Origin: Candidatus Undinarchaeales archaeon
GTDB taxonomy: Archaea > SpSt-1190 > JASMDC01
DNA length: 64,000 nucleotides
Assembly: GCA_030753015.1 (NCBI GenBank)
Contig: JASMDC010000002.1
Location: 100,567-164,566, forward strand
Reading direction: 5' to 3'
Position numbers and translations under genes: made by a program. How positions within the stretch are numbered: the stretch's first letter is position 1; the number at the start of each line of letters is the position of its first letter. Positions 1 through 8,981 of the stretch are shown in pieces. A model generated the notes under the pieces. That model saw only the letters and a list, made by a program, of their open reading frames with translations, searched no databases and had not been told where the DNA came from.

Positions 1-405
1 GGGCGGGCCAAAGCTATGGGTGAACTGGTTGGCAAAGGGGACAAGGGCCACTCGGAAGTTGCCTTCGGACTTGCTCTTGAGCACCTCTGTGATGGCGTCC
101 CAGGTGTTCCTGAACTCCTCGAGGTCGTCCCGCATGCTCCCGGTATGGTCGATGACGAACACTGCATCGATGGGGCGCTGGAATGTCTCGTTGTTTGCCA
201 CATGGACGGTGAAGGTATTCTCCTCGCCCCATGAGAGCCCGGTCTCCAGCACAGGAACGGCCAGCGCGGGGATACCACAGCTGCCATCTGCGAGCACGCA
301 CGACTCTGTTGTGCCGGAGGAGCAATCGGACCCGGTCCAGCACGCGTGGTAAGCGCCCGACGCAAGGCTGACAACCAGCAGAAATACGAGGAAAGACGTT
401 CGCAT
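1..405 (-). CDS. Secreted von Willebrand factor A (VWA) domain protein, 3' end runs off the window
   Basis: Manual translation, absent from the ORF track: MRTSFLVFLLVVSLASGAYHACWTGSDC...RPIDAVFVIDHTGSMRDDLEEFRNTW...FRVALVPF. It has a signal peptide and a MIDAS-like DxTGS motif after a hydrophobic beta strand. Confidence 0.8.
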   Translation of the reverse strand, partial: MRTSFLVFLLVVSLASGAYHACWTGSDCSSGTTESCVLADGSCGIPALAVPVLETGLSWGEENTFTVHVANNETFQRPIDAVFVIDHTGSMRDDLEEFRNTWDAITEVLKSKSEGNFRVALVPFANQFTHSFGPP

Positions 406-525
406 GGCTACCGCTCACATATTATCATGGTTACATGACTTATATCCCTTGGGTTTTCGCAGCGCCCGTTACCGACAAATATTTATACCGCCGCACCCGC
501 AAGGGAGGGTCAGAAAGGGGTCAGT

Positions 526-1299
526 GTGGAATGCGAGATGTTCTATGATGAGAAGATGGACTTCACCTCTTACTCGGAGGAGTTGGAACGGCTGGCCGGC
601 CTGTACGATAACGTGGACTTGGAAGTAGTCGGTAGCTCGGTGGAGGGGCGCGATATCTATCGTGCACATATCCACGGTGACGGAGCCCCCGTGCTAGTAA
701 CGGCAGGACACCACGGCAACGAGCCCGCTGGGCCTATGGCGGCCCTGAACTACATCCGAGAGGCTGGCGAGAACGGCTCCACGCTGGACATCACAATGTA
801 CCCCATGGTCAATCCGGATGGCTATGAGGCGGATCAGCGGGAGAACGCCCATGGCGTCGACCTCAACCGTGATTACGGTTTTTTCAAGGAACCAGAGACA
901 CTTGCTCTCATCGGGAGCATCGATCGTGAGGACTACATAGCTGCACTGGACATGCACGAAGCGCCCCGGTCCACAAAGGGTTTCTATGTGTACGAGTCCA
1001 CGCCCATTCGCGAGGACATCCACCTTGGCCAGACAGCGGTGGACGCTGTCGGCGAGAAGCATCCCATCTCATGGGGCGTGGTCCGGCGCGATCGTCCCGG
1101 CTGCTTCCGCGACTTCTGGGCATCCAGAGACGCGTACGCCGTCACCTTCGAGCCTCCGGGCACCTTCGAGATCGTGGACCGTATCGACATGGAGCTCCGG
1201 GCGCTCCATGCCAGCCTCGACCTCCTGGAGGAGACCACGGCCGATGGCTCGTGGGATACCTACGTAGCAAGTGGCGATTACGTCGTGGCAGCACCTTGA
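526..1299 (+). CDS. M14-family zinc carboxypeptidase / succinylglutamate desuccinylase-like
   Basis: HGNE zinc motif, PMVNPDG, RENAHGVDLNRDY, LDMHE, TFEP. The start may be ATG 538. Confidence 0.85.
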   Translation: MECEMFYDEKMDFTSYSEELERLAGLYDNVDLEVVGSSVEGRDIYRAHIHGDGAPVLVTAGHHGNEPAGPMAALNYIREAGENGSTLDITMYPMVNPDGYEADQRENAHGVDLNRDYGFFKEPETLALIGSIDREDYIAALDMHEAPRSTKGFYVYESTPIREDIHLGQTAVDAVGEKHPISWGVVRRDRPGCFRDFWASRDAYAVTFEPPGTFEIVDRIDMELRALHASLDLLEETTADGSWDTYVASGDYVVAAP

Positions 1300-1370
1300 G
1301 AAAGTGTGCTCTGCCACAAAATAGTAGCTGACGCTCCAGTATTAAATGGGTCCTTCCGAATGGATCGGAC

Positions 1371-1598
1371 CTACTTTGCAGCGGACTTGTAGCGGTAGAG
1401 CGTGGATGTGTTGGTGTCCGTGTACACCAACTTCTTCTCGACCTTTTCCTTGGACACCATCTGGTTGAACTTCCTACCCAGATAGGAAGGGCTCAACTTC
1501 GTTAGGTAGGAGAGGTAGTCAACGCTCACCCATCCTCTTCGCTGGACTAAGAAATCAAGGGCATTGAGAAACAGTCTCTCCTTCGTAGTCTTCTTCAC
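1371..1598 (-). CDS. Small basic winged-helix DNA-binding protein
   Basis: 75 aa with a helix-turn-helix-like pattern (VSVDYLSYLTKLSPSYLGRKFNQMV) and a beta-wing. GGAGG lies upstream of the GTG start. Confidence 0.6.
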   Translation of the reverse strand: MKKTTKERLFLNALDFLVQRRGWVSVDYLSYLTKLSPSYLGRKFNQMVSKEKVEKKLVYTDTNTSTLYRYKSAAK

Positions 1599-1842
1599 AC
1601 CCGACCCTCCAATAATAGAGACGTCGTGGCGTTATTTAAGGCTTTCTGCTCCGTTACAGCCTTCAATAGGTCTGTAGGAAACGATAGGAACTTCTAGAAA
1701 CTTCTAAACGAAGTAATATCTTTAAAATGAACTATAAGGCAAGAATACGGCCTAATACCTCCATTTAGCAAGCTGGAAGCCGGCCCCCACCCTGTCCTTG
1801 GGGGGCACAGTCTTTTTAAACCTGAACATCCTGCCCGCGAAC

Positions 1843-2880
1843 ATGGTGGACGACAGGAGCGCGCCAGATAAGCGCTTCCTGGAGAACATATTCAAGACGG
1901 ACCTCCATTGCCATCTTGGCGGGTCTATCCGTCTTGAGACCCTCGTCGAGCTGGCCGATGAACAGGGAGTCCCTCTCCCGTCAAAGAACATCGAGAAGCT
2001 CAAGAAGACCATCTCTCCGTCCGAGTTCGGCTCCCTTGAGGAGTACCTTGCCGCCTTCACTACGACGGAGTCCGTCCTCAGGGATCCATCTGCCCTCGAG
2101 CGGGTGGCCTACGAGGTATGCGAGGATGCAGCGAAGGAGAATGTCATCTACCTGGAGCTGCGGTTCGGGCCTACCAATTACCAGACCGATGACCTCTCAC
2201 CCCAGCGCGTGGTGTCGTCCGTGCTGGAGGGGATGAAGCGTGCCGAGAAGGAATACCCCATCAGGACGGGCCTCATCCTTTGTGGCATCCGCACCGAGCT
2301 CGAGCGCACTCGGGAGGCAGCTGAGCTGGCCGTCATCTTCCAGGGGCGTGGCGTGGTCGGATTCGACCTGGCCGGAGCCGAGCGGGGCCATCGTCCCAAG
2401 GACCTAATGAAAGCGTTCACCCCCGTGCTCAAGAACTTCGTCCCAGTAACCGTTCATGCAGGTGAGGGCTACGGTGCAAAGAGCATCGAGGAGGCGATAA
2501 ACTATCTCCGCGCCGACCGGATCGGGCACGGTACCAAGATCCAGGAGAACACGAAGCTCTACGATTACGTCAACGTACGGCGTATCGCCCTCGAGGTTTG
2601 TCCTACGAGCAACGTCCAGACACAGGTAGTGAGCAGTATCGGAACTCATCCCATGCTCCGCTACTTCCGCGACGACCTGCGGGTGTGTATCAACACCGAT
2701 AACCGCACGATCTCGGACACGACCATCACCAATGAACTCGGCAAGTGTTCCAAGCACCTCGGGCTCACCCGGGGGGACATCAAGTCACTGGTCAAGGCCG
2801 GTGTGAAGGCGGCCTTCCTCCAGCCGAGTGAGCGGACCGCTCTTCTGGACCGGGTGGACGAACAGTTCGAGGGACTGTGA
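1843..2880 (+). CDS. add: Adenosine deaminase
   Basis: DLHCHLGGS, GFDLAGAE, TVHAGE, RIGHG, EVCPTSN and INTDN motifs. Confidence 0.92.
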   Translation: MVDDRSAPDKRFLENIFKTDLHCHLGGSIRLETLVELADEQGVPLPSKNIEKLKKTISPSEFGSLEEYLAAFTTTESVLRDPSALERVAYEVCEDAAKENVIYLELRFGPTNYQTDDLSPQRVVSSVLEGMKRAEKEYPIRTGLILCGIRTELERTREAAELAVIFQGRGVVGFDLAGAERGHRPKDLMKAFTPVLKNFVPVTVHAGEGYGAKSIEEAINYLRADRIGHGTKIQENTKLYDYVNVRRIALEVCPTSNVQTQVVSSIGTHPMLRYFRDDLRVCINTDNRTISDTTITNELGKCSKHLGLTRGDIKSLVKAGVKAAFLQPSERTALLDRVDEQFEGL

Positions 2881-2888
2881 GGCGTCCA

Positions 2889-3050
2889 CTAGATCATCGC
2901 GTACACGAACGGCGATAGAGCGGAGCTCTGGCCTGCTGCAAGCAATGCGCCCACGATGAGCAGGGTGATGAGCGCGGGAGCGAGCCACCAGGCCTTGTTC
3001 TCCCAGAGGTAGTCGAACACCTCGCGCACAAGCATCGGATTCCTACCCAT
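2889..3050 (-). CDS. DUF5989/SxtK-like small membrane protein (53 aa)
   Basis: Manual translation: MGRNPMLVREVFDYLWENKAWWLAPALITLLIVGALLAAGQSSALSPFVYAMI*. The KxWWLxP and SALSPFVY motifs are typical of small proteins beside carbamoyltransferases. Confidence 0.8.
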   Translation of the reverse strand: MGRNPMLVREVFDYLWENKAWWLAPALITLLIVGALLAAGQSSALSPFVYAMI

Positions 3051-3111
3051 ATCAGAACCTCAAGTACATTGATCTGGTCGTGACATAAAAACCTATCCTC
3101 GCCGCATGTCA

Positions 3112-4878
3112 TTAATTATCGGCCCGGGAGCGAGCGGAGCTGTCCCACTCATCATCTGGATTGTCATCCCGCCTGATAAGGGACCGGCCGATCACGGTGC
3201 AGTCGATACCTGTGCCCATCATGCATCGGTAAGCATCCTCTGGAGTGCACACGATGGGCTCGCCACGGATATTGAACGATGTGTTCACCAGGACCGGTAC
3301 CTTCGTGCGCTCACCGAATCCCTTGATGAGCCTATGGAACAGGGGATTGGTTTCCCCGTGGACAGCCTGGAGCCGGGCTGTACCATCCACATGGACCGCG
3401 GCTGGGATGAGATCGAGCTTATCCTCGCGGACGGGGTAGCTCATGAGCATGTATGCTGTCGGCTCGGGGAGAGGGAGGTCCACGTCGAACCAGTCTGCGG
3501 CATCCTCAGCGCACACCGCCGGTGCGAAAGGCCGGAATGGCTCACGCCGCTTGACCTTCTCATTGAGCACGTCCTTCATCTCCACGTCACGTGGATCGGC
3601 CAGGATGCTCCGGTTCCCAAGGGCCCGAGGGCCCCACTCCATCCGTCCCTGGAACCATCCTACTACCTGGCCGTCCTCGATGATGCTCAGCGTCGTATCG
3701 ATGAGCTTATCCTCGTCAGAGAGCGCTTCGTGGACGATATCATTGTCCCTCAGGAACTCGTTCACCTGTTCATCGGTGAATCCCGGCCCCAGGTACGGTG
3801 AGCGGAAGTGGGATGCACGAGGTTTGCCGAGCACAGCATGGAAGGCGTGGAGGGCGGCGCCCATGCTCGTTCCACCGTCGCCGGGATCGGGGGGTATCCA
3901 CACCCGCTCGAACGGTGTCTTTTGAAGGATAGTACCGTTGAACACACAGTTGAGCCCTACCCCGCCAGAGAGCACCAGGTCCGGGCAGTCCGTCTTTGCG
4001 TGTACGTGGCTGCAGGCGGTGGTGAGCACCTCCTCGGTGAGAAGCTGTAGAGCTGCGGCGATGTCCTTGTGTCGCCGTGTTGGCGCCAGTCCAGGCAGTG
4101 CTACAGGGCCGCCCAACAGCTCGCACATCTCATCCGAGGGCATGCGGTCCGCATAATGGTAATCGAAGTAACGCATGTCCAGCCGGAAGCTCCCGTCGTC
4201 GCGGACGTCGATCACTTCCTTCAGCCGCTTGTAGGATTCGTTGGTAGTGGGATCGAGGTTCCCGAAGGCAGCCATACCCATTACCTTGTATTCGGAGTTG
4301 TTCACGGCGAAGCCGAGGTAGGCTGTGATGGTCGAGTAGAGGAGGCCGAGCGAGTGAGGGAAGCGCAGCTGTTGCTCCAGCCTGACCTCGGTACCCTCGC
4401 CCATCCCCCACGCGGTCGTGGTCCACTCGCCGACACCGTCGACGGTGAGAATAGCTGCCCGTTCGAAGGGACTGCACAGGAACGCGCCTGCTGCGTGGGC
4501 CACGTGATGTGGGATGAAAAGCACGTCGCCCCCGTACCCCAGTTCATTCCGTACGCGGGACACCACACGCAGCTTGCGCAGGAGCAGGTCGGGCATAGCC
4601 CGCACGAACGAGGGTAACCCTCGCGGGAACATCTGGATGTGCTGATGAAGTGCCCGCTCCAACCGGAGGAGCGGTTTCTCGTAATGGGCGATGTGGTCCA
4701 ACTCGTCCACTGTTATCCCACCCTCATCGAGGCAGGAGAGGATGGCGTTCAGAGGGAACGTGATGTCGTGCTTAACTCGTGTGAACCGCTCCTCTGCAGA
4801 TGCCGCCACTACCTCGCCGTCCCGCATCAAGCATGCCGAGGCGTCGTGGTAGAAGCAGGCGATCCCGAGAACGTCCAT
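3112..4878 (-). CDS. O-carbamoyltransferase (NodU/CmcH family)
   Basis: HDASA, EERFTRVKH, HHVAHAA, DGVGE, EYKVMGMA, GRMEWGPRALGNRS, KRREPFRPFAP, HVDGTARLQ and NTSFN motifs. Confidence 0.95.
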   Translation of the reverse strand: MDVLGIACFYHDASACLMRDGEVVAASAEERFTRVKHDITFPLNAILSCLDEGGITVDELDHIAHYEKPLLRLERALHQHIQMFPRGLPSFVRAMPDLLLRKLRVVSRVRNELGYGGDVLFIPHHVAHAAGAFLCSPFERAAILTVDGVGEWTTTAWGMGEGTEVRLEQQLRFPHSLGLLYSTITAYLGFAVNNSEYKVMGMAAFGNLDPTTNESYKRLKEVIDVRDDGSFRLDMRYFDYHYADRMPSDEMCELLGGPVALPGLAPTRRHKDIAAALQLLTEEVLTTACSHVHAKTDCPDLVLSGGVGLNCVFNGTILQKTPFERVWIPPDPGDGGTSMGAALHAFHAVLGKPRASHFRSPYLGPGFTDEQVNEFLRDNDIVHEALSDEDKLIDTTLSIIEDGQVVGWFQGRMEWGPRALGNRSILADPRDVEMKDVLNEKVKRREPFRPFAPAVCAEDAADWFDVDLPLPEPTAYMLMSYPVREDKLDLIPAAVHVDGTARLQAVHGETNPLFHRLIKGFGERTKVPVLVNTSFNIRGEPIVCTPEDAYRCMMGTGIDCTVIGRSLIRRDDNPDDEWDSSARSRADN

Positions 4879-4887
4879 ATAACTACC

Positions 4888-5142
4888 TCAGTACTGTCGA
4901 TAATATCTATCTCGTGGAGCGTTCCCCTGATCAGCAGGTTCCCAGTAGCTCGGTGCGCTGGCGTCAGGCCCAAGCTCAAGGAATCGCTTACCGACGAGCC
5001 GGGCGGCCAGGGCAGTGCTCCCGAGACCTAGCAGATATGAGACTGTGAGCGCGAGGGTGTTGATCGTGCCGGTAAGGGCGCCTAAAGCGTAGCCGAGTGC
5101 ACGACGTGGTCCCCAGGAATCGTCGGTGGCCTCTTGCTCCAT
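4888..5142 (-). CDS. SxtJ-like small membrane protein
   Basis: Hydrophobic segment followed by SYW...YYRQY C-terminus; directly upstream of the carbamoyltransferase. Confidence 0.65.
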   Translation of the reverse strand: MEQEATDDSWGPRRALGYALGALTGTINTLALTVSYLLGLGSTALAARLVGKRFLELGPDASAPSYWEPADQGNAPRDRYYRQY

Positions 5143-5152
5143 GCTCGGGTAC

Positions 5153-6451
5153 CTACCCGGTGCCCCCACCCTCTTCATCCCCTTCGCCGATGGGGGTGAT
5201 GTCGTACTCCTGAACCACGAAGATCCGGATATTAGGATCGAGGTCGCGGTACACGATGACGCCGGGGCCGATGTGTGTGTTGGGGCCCGCCTTCACGCCG
5301 GGCATGATCGAAGCGTTGACGCCGGTCTTCACTCCGTCGCCCAGGATGGCACCGAGCTTGCGGCGACCCGATGACACGGTCTCTCCCTTGATGCGGACAT
5401 TGATGGGCTTGTCGTCGAACCGGAGGTTCGCCACCTTGGTGCCGGCGCCGAAGTTGCACCCTGCACCTATAAGTGCGTCCCCGATGTACGCGAGATGCTC
5501 CGCCTTGGAGCCGTTTAGGATTAGGGAGTTCTTGACCTCCACGGCGCGGCCTATGCGCACGTCATCGGAGATGTTGACATTGTCCCGGATGAAGCAGTTG
5601 GGACCTATCTCGCAGTTCTTGCCGATATAGACGGGACCCTTGATATAGGAGGTGCCGGTGATGACTGTCCCCTTCTCGATGACGACGTCGCCCTTGATAA
5701 CCACGCCCGGCTCGAGCTCGCCTTCGATCCTGTGATCGATCTTCTTCATGATGAACTCGTTGGCCTCTAGAAGCTCCCATGGGCGTCCGACATCGCGGTA
5801 ATAGCCTCGGTGTTCGAGCACTTCCACACGACTACCTCCCTCGATGTAGTGGTTGAGGGCGTGGGGGATGTCGTACTCGTGGCGCTCGGCCTCTCCCTTG
5901 GCAACGGCGTCCAGGAAGGAGGATTCGAGGAGGTAGATACCGGCGTTGACCATGCATCCCTTCGCTTCCTGCTCGGGTGGCCTCTCACGCACCTCGGTGA
6001 GGTGAGAGCCGTTGCACGTGAGCACGCCGTACTCCCAGGGATTGTCCACATGGGCACCGACGACCACCGAGCCGCCCTTGGCGGCATGCAGCCGCTCCAT
6101 CACTGCATGGTCGAAGATGAGGTCGCCGTGGATGAGGAGAAAGTCATCGTTGAGCTTGGTGTTCTCGGCCGCCATATGTAGAGCGTGGGCCGTCCCCAGG
6201 CACTTACCCTGGTCCACGTAGGTGATGGACAGACCGAAGCGCTCACCCGTGCCGAAGTACTGGCGGATCTCGTCCGCGAACTCGTTGACCACGAGCACGA
6301 CCTCTGAGATCTGGGCGGCTTTCACCGCCGAGAGCACATGGTAGAGGATCGGCTTTCCTGCAAGAGGGATCATGGACTTCTGTCGCGTGGCCGTGAGCGG
6401 ATGGAGACGCGTCCCCCGTCCAGCGGCCAGTATCACCGCCTTCATGCCCAT
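5153..6451 (-). CDS. glmU: Bifunctional sugar-1-phosphate nucleotidyltransferase/acetyltransferase (archaeal GlmU type)
   Basis: ILAAGRGTRLHPLT, DVGRPWELLEAN, hexapeptide repeats, NFGAGT..ANLRFD, GRRKLGAILGD. Confidence 0.88.
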   Translation of the reverse strand: MGMKAVILAAGRGTRLHPLTATRQKSMIPLAGKPILYHVLSAVKAAQISEVVLVVNEFADEIRQYFGTGERFGLSITYVDQGKCLGTAHALHMAAENTKLNDDFLLIHGDLIFDHAVMERLHAAKGGSVVVGAHVDNPWEYGVLTCNGSHLTEVRERPPEQEAKGCMVNAGIYLLESSFLDAVAKGEAERHEYDIPHALNHYIEGGSRVEVLEHRGYYRDVGRPWELLEANEFIMKKIDHRIEGELEPGVVIKGDVVIEKGTVITGTSYIKGPVYIGKNCEIGPNCFIRDNVNISDDVRIGRAVEVKNSLILNGSKAEHLAYIGDALIGAGCNFGAGTKVANLRFDDKPINVRIKGETVSSGRRKLGAILGDGVKTGVNASIMPGVKAGPNTHIGPGVIVYRDLDPNIRIFVVQEYDITPIGEGDEEGGGTG

Positions 6452-6483
6452 GGACCGGGCTGGGGGGACAAACTATAAGAAGC

Positions 6484-7275
6484 CTACCCCTCGCGCACGA
6501 ACAGCGTCCCCTTGCCCTTCTCTGTCACATCACCCGAGTACCGTGCGAAGGGGCCGGAGAGTCGTTCACCCGCGATATCAACGTCATCCACGGCACCGTC
6601 GGGCACGAAGGAGGGAAGCACGTGAACGGGGCCAAGGATGACGATTAGCCCTCCCCGCATCTCGCCTCCGACGCGGCGGGGGCAGGCGCGGGCCACGATC
6701 TCCCCTTTCTGCATATGGACGCCGAGAAAGAATCCGGTCGTTCCCCTGACGATGAGCGTGCCACCGGCCATCCATGCACCTGCCTCGACACCGCAGTCGC
6801 CGGCGACCTCGATGCGACCTCCGGTCATGCCCGTCCAGTCACCGGGTGGAGCTGCGCCCAGATGGTGCCCTGCAGAGCCCTGGATCACCAGCTCGCCGCC
6901 CTTCATGGCCATACCGGCCCAGTCCCCGCAGTCCCCCTCAACCTCCAGGCGCCCGCCCGACATACTGCTGCCGGTGTGCATCCCTGCAGTACCCCTGACC
7001 ACCAGCTCACCGCCGGTCATCCCCTGGCCTAACCGCTTGGTACGTGCCACATCGCCCTCGATGACGATGCGTGTACGCCCGGCGATGGAGCCCGCGCGTC
7101 CTTCCACCTCGAAGTGGTCGCCTAGCGCGACCTTGCGGTTGCCCCGCCAGATGGGGAGCTCTGAGATGCGGTCACTCGCCTTTCCAGCGAAGATGTCAGG
7201 ACAGATGCTCTCTGCCTCGAGCCCGACGGCGGGCTGGTCGATCGGTCTGAGCACGACCTTGCGTACGGTCAGCAA
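6484..7275 (-). CDS. fwdC: Formylmethanofuran dehydrogenase / formyltransferase-hydrolase subunit C
   Basis: N-terminal EAESICPD, repeated G..M.GG.l.V.G beta-helix units, LPSF, and GD....GKG.L C-terminus. Confidence 0.9.
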   Translation of the reverse strand: MLTVRKVVLRPIDQPAVGLEAESICPDIFAGKASDRISELPIWRGNRKVALGDHFEVEGRAGSIAGRTRIVIEGDVARTKRLGQGMTGGELVVRGTAGMHTGSSMSGGRLEVEGDCGDWAGMAMKGGELVIQGSAGHHLGAAPPGDWTGMTGGRIEVAGDCGVEAGAWMAGGTLIVRGTTGFFLGVHMQKGEIVARACPRRVGGEMRGGLIVILGPVHVLPSFVPDGAVDDVDIAGERLSGPFARYSGDVTEKGKGTLFVREG

Positions 7276-8936
7276 CAGGGCACCTCCCGGGGACGGGGCA
7301 GATAGTCATCCTGCACCGCATAGTTCGCCTCGGTAATCGTGTTGTGGTCCCTGAAGAAGGCCGCCCGGTCCTCGCGGACGGCGTCATCATCGTACCGTGG
7401 GCGTGTGAAGAGCGTGGACCCTGCAGCCGTCGTCACGACACGACCGTCCCGCACCACGACCTCGCCACCCTTGACGGTGAGGAACGCCCGGGTCAATCCC
7501 TGGCAGAGCTTCTTCGGGTCGTCGACGTAATCGGGCAGGATGTCGTACACCGCAATGTCCGCGTCCATGCCGGGGCCGAGCCCTCCCTTGGTGCCGAGCC
7601 CGAGCCTCTTTGCTGTGCCGGCCCGGGTGACGATGGCCAGCTCGGACAGCGAGTACTCACGGTCCAGTGATGGGAGAGTGGTCGCCGAGGAGGCCCGTTC
7701 GTGGACGTCGTCCAGGGCCTGCTCCCGTGCCTTCCGACTCGCAAGCAGTGTCATGATCTCCGGATATCGCGTAAACGGGCAGCCGTTGGGAGCATCGGTT
7801 GTGAGGAACACGCGCCAGGGATCATCGATGAGGAGGGCGAGCTCGAGGCCGGCCGCCCACTGGACGGCGTTCACCCCACTGGTCGACCGATAGACGTAGG
7901 GGATGATGCCGCCCCCAGTCTCCCGCTCCACGTCGGCGTTCACCCACTTGAGGTGATTGATGCGTCCCAGGTGCCATTCGGCGGGGCCGTCGGCGGTGAG
8001 CGTGGTTGTATCTCCGAACATCACTTGTCCGAGGTCCGTGGTGAGCCCGGGGTGGCGTGAAAGCTCGCGAGCCACCTCCTCCGCCCGGGAGGAGAAGTCC
8101 TTCCATGATCCACCGCCATAGGTGTGGAACTGGAGATGTGTGACATGTGCCTGTCCGTTCCGCCCCAGGAGACGGAGGGATTCTATGGTTATGTCCGCGT
8201 TCCCGGGGATCCCCAGGTTGTTGAGGTGGACATGGACGGGGTGGGGCAGTTTGAGAGCAGCGGCCGCGTTCTGGAGGTTCGTCAGGACCTCTGCAGCGGT
8301 AACGTCGAAATGTGGTGTCGGCTCGTCAAGGGCGTTGACGTTCTTGGCCCACTCCCAGGCGGCGTTCCCTGCCGGGTTGACGACTTTCAGCCCGAGCGCC
8401 CGCGTTGCGTGGATGAGCCAGGCGCACCAGGGCGCCACGAGCTCCTCCTGGCCGTCCCTGATGTAGCCGAGCAAGCGGTGGTTGTTGCCCGCCAGCACCA
8501 GTGCTCCGGTATCTAGCAATGGTGTGTCGGCCAGCTCCTCATGTGTGTGGCGGCCCTTGAGCGGGGCCATGGCGGGCTCGATGACTGTGGTGTACCCCAT
8601 CTCGGCGTACAGGGCGCCGGTGAGCCGTGTGGACGGGACCGTGAGCCCCGAGCCGGCTCCCATACCGGCGACAGGATCCCGACCGCGAACCAATCGTGAG
8701 GAATCCTCGGGGCGCAGACACCTGGCCCGGTTGACCTTCGAGCCGGCGATATGTGAATGGATGTCCACTCCGCCTGCCATGGTGACCCGACCTCCCGCGT
8801 CCAGCTCCACAGCATCGCGTCCCTTGACGTCATCGATCATCCGGCCGTCGCGACTGCATAGGTCCATGACCTCGCCATCGATCCCTGCCAGCGGATCGTA
8901 CACGCAGGCGTTGCGGATGATGAGGATCCGGGCCAC
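7269..8936 (-). CDS. fwdA: Formylmethanofuran dehydrogenase / formyltransferase-hydrolase subunit A (amidohydrolase)
   Basis: GGVDIHSHIAG, RHTHEEL, KVVNPAG, HVHLNNLGIPGN, HLQFH, TADGP, QWAAGLEL, TTDAPNG. Confidence 0.93.
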   Translation of the reverse strand: MARILIIRNACVYDPLAGIDGEVMDLCSRDGRMIDDVKGRDAVELDAGGRVTMAGGVDIHSHIAGSKVNRARCLRPEDSSRLVRGRDPVAGMGAGSGLTVPSTRLTGALYAEMGYTTVIEPAMAPLKGRHTHEELADTPLLDTGALVLAGNNHRLLGYIRDGQEELVAPWCAWLIHATRALGLKVVNPAGNAAWEWAKNVNALDEPTPHFDVTAAEVLTNLQNAAAALKLPHPVHVHLNNLGIPGNADITIESLRLLGRNGQAHVTHLQFHTYGGGSWKDFSSRAEEVARELSRHPGLTTDLGQVMFGDTTTLTADGPAEWHLGRINHLKWVNADVERETGGGIIPYVYRSTSGVNAVQWAAGLELALLIDDPWRVFLTTDAPNGCPFTRYPEIMTLLASRKAREQALDDVHERASSATTLPSLDREYSLSELAIVTRAGTAKRLGLGTKGGLGPGMDADIAVYDILPDYVDDPKKLCQGLTRAFLTVKGGEVVVRDGRVVTTAAGSTLFTRPRYDDDAVREDRAAFFRDHNTITEANYAVQDDYLPRPREVPCC

Positions 8937-8981
8937 GACCGGGGGCTGCCGTGCAATCTTTAAAAAACGCGCGGCCGGCGG

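Noticed and set aside
14-418. ORF-track calls 14..418(-), 16..234(+) and 20..352(+)
   Set aside because: They are shadow frames of the real minus-strand VWA gene (1..405), which lacks a stop inside the window.
2889-5142. Saxitoxin biosynthesis
   Set aside because: Only the widespread sxtI/J/K-like triad is present; there is no sxtA, sxtG or other core gene.
6484-8936. Evidence of methanogenesis
   Set aside because: fwdA/fwdC alone are not diagnostic, and no mcr, mtr or fwdB appears in the window.
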